Below are positions 62,346 to 64,000 of a stretch of 64,000 nucleotides of DNA, piece by piece (positions within the stretch are counted from its first letter, which is position 1; each line of letters begins with the position of its first letter). Source of the stretch: Podarcis liolepis (taxonomy: Eukaryota); the NCBI GenBank assembly GCA_965112155.1, contig OZ218104.1. One strand, 5' to 3'. A model generated the notes under the pieces. The model was not told where the DNA came from and ran no database searches. It was given only the letters and a program-made list of their open reading frames with translations. Made by a program: the position numbers and the translations under genes.

Positions 62346-63286
62346 GCCTGGTTTTTTAGCAAATCTTGCAAAAGAAAAGAGAAATTAGAAATTATATTAA
62401 ATCATGGATCTGTTGAACACCAGAAGCTTTGACATCCAAGCAAAAGAAAAACATCTCCAGTCAAAAACACAAACTCATATACAATATGGTCAAAGAGTGT
62501 TCCTAGGAACTTTAGGATTTCCTTCTTACATGCAAAGTTCAAACTTAACGAGAAGGTTGGTGGTTCAAGCACACCCAGGAACAGCTGTGGGAAGGATTCC
62601 TGCATTGCAGAGGGTTGGACTACATGACCAACACACTACAAAACTCCATTGAACATAATGGGACTTACTTCCAAATAAAAATTGTGTTGAAGAACAAGAT
62701 CAGGGTTCTGGTGACAACACATTATGTCGCTACCAATGCCAGACAAAATGCGTGGACCCCAAATTACATTTAAACTTTAAAATCATATTATTTTCACTCT
62801 GTAGGACAAATCTTTAACCCAGATCAAAACAGAACTTCTGCACATCAGTAATAACCCTAATAACACATCAGTCCATTTCTCTCTGGGGTCATTCCACGTC
62901 AGTTCAATGCGGTCATGCCACCCACTGTCTCAAATTTTGATGAAACTTGGTGTACACCCTTCCCTTATGGTTGAAAGAAACCCCCTTTCTTGGAGGAAAA
63001 AAATAAAATGTACACAAGGCCGAGGATCTCAAGAGGGACAGAAACGCAGATTTCATGAAACTTTGGAGTGCTATAAAATCAAAACCGTTTGTGATAGAGG
63101 GGGAAAAAATTTAAGGGGGTTTCTTTCAACCAAAGGCAAATCAGTCACATGAGCACCAAACTGCAGTCTGAAGTGGTACTTCCTAAAAGAGAGGTTAACA
63201 TTTAATTACCCAAGTTTGGGAAACCCTGTCTTATTGCAACATTTGATTTTCTAGATAGGTTATGATTTCATGTGTACCCTTAAGAA

Positions 63287-63589
63287 CAGGCGTCGGCAAC
63301 CTGTGGCCCATGGGGGCCATTTAACTGGCCCATGGACCCCGCCGCCCACTTGGTCAGCTTCCGTGCACTGTGCTGAACCGGTGTGGAGCAGACAGGGGAC
63401 CACCTTCTGCGACGCTGGCCAGCTTCCCATTGGCTGCAGGAAGCTCCTGCAGCCAATGGGAAGCTGTGCACGTCTCCTCCGTGTCGGAAGGTGTATCGAA
63501 AATAGCATTTGTGCATGCGTGCGCCCGCCCACTCCGGCGTCTGTGGGACCATGAACCGGCCCAAGCCACAAAAACCTTGCCGACCCCTG
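63287..63589. mobile_element. hAT (Charlie-like) MITE
   Basis: TIR CAGG(C/G)GTCGGCAA; perfect 8-bp TSD CTTAAGAA on both sides. Confidence 0.92.
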
Positions 63590-64000
63590 CTTAAGAACCA
63601 TTCACAAATGAAGTTGCATATTAAGCTATTTTTAACCTGGTCTGCAGCATCATTTTCTATGCTTCCAGTTTAGCTCTACAGTACTGACAAACCAAGTGGG
63701 TGGAAGTTTTAAGTAGAAATGTATCCTTTGGGCGAAACAAGAGAGGCTACTCATCTAGCTCTTCCTTGACCTGAAGGAAAGGCAGCAGAAAGGAAAGGAG
63801 GCTTGTAGAAATCACACTGGGCTATAGGTTTATTGCTAGTCTCAAGGTGTGTGGGTGAGATGACAAAGAAGTAGCAATCCTCTGAAAACCAAAGGTTTGG
63901 TCTCCAGCAGCATTAACACACAAACTGTAATGCAATTAGACAGTGAAAAGTTTTCATCTCCTAAGAAATAGCTCTCATGTTGGGAAGTGATACTAGGTAG

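Overview
Vertebrate genomic DNA from a squamate reptile, most likely a lacertid lizard (inferred from Sauria-type SINEs, a Bov-B-like fragment and the MITE content). The window holds essentially the whole coding region of PHACTR4 (phosphatase and actin regulator 4) on the minus strand. I reconstructed 13 coding exons by hand, all with GT-AG boundaries and consistent phases. They give a 704-aa protein from the MEDSI start exon (62318-62364), or 714 aa from an alternative internal first exon MGQTRYSRPVNPAPS (37765-37810). The N-terminal basic/RPEL region, three C-terminal RPEL repeats and the PP1-binding tail ending RFHRP are intact. The non-coding first exon probably lies beyond 64000. Introns are dense in transposon debris: a ~3.9 kb 5'-truncated CR1 LINE (esterase ORF1, frameshifted APE-RT ORF2), several Tc1/mariner, hAT and Harbinger-like MITEs, SINEs, L2/RTE fragments and Penelope-like termini. 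No prokaryotic-type system is present. The most interesting unexplained signals are: (1) an in-frame U_UUA_AAC slippery heptamer exactly at the CR1 ORF1 stop, with ORF2 in the -1 frame; (2) a tandem splice donor that could replace the PP1-binding C-terminus; (3) a candidate 66-nt frame-preserving cassette exon; (4) a CCAAT hairpin module shared by mariner and hAT MITEs; (5) degenerate hammerhead cores in Penelope remnants; (6) an orphan 41-bp hairpin.
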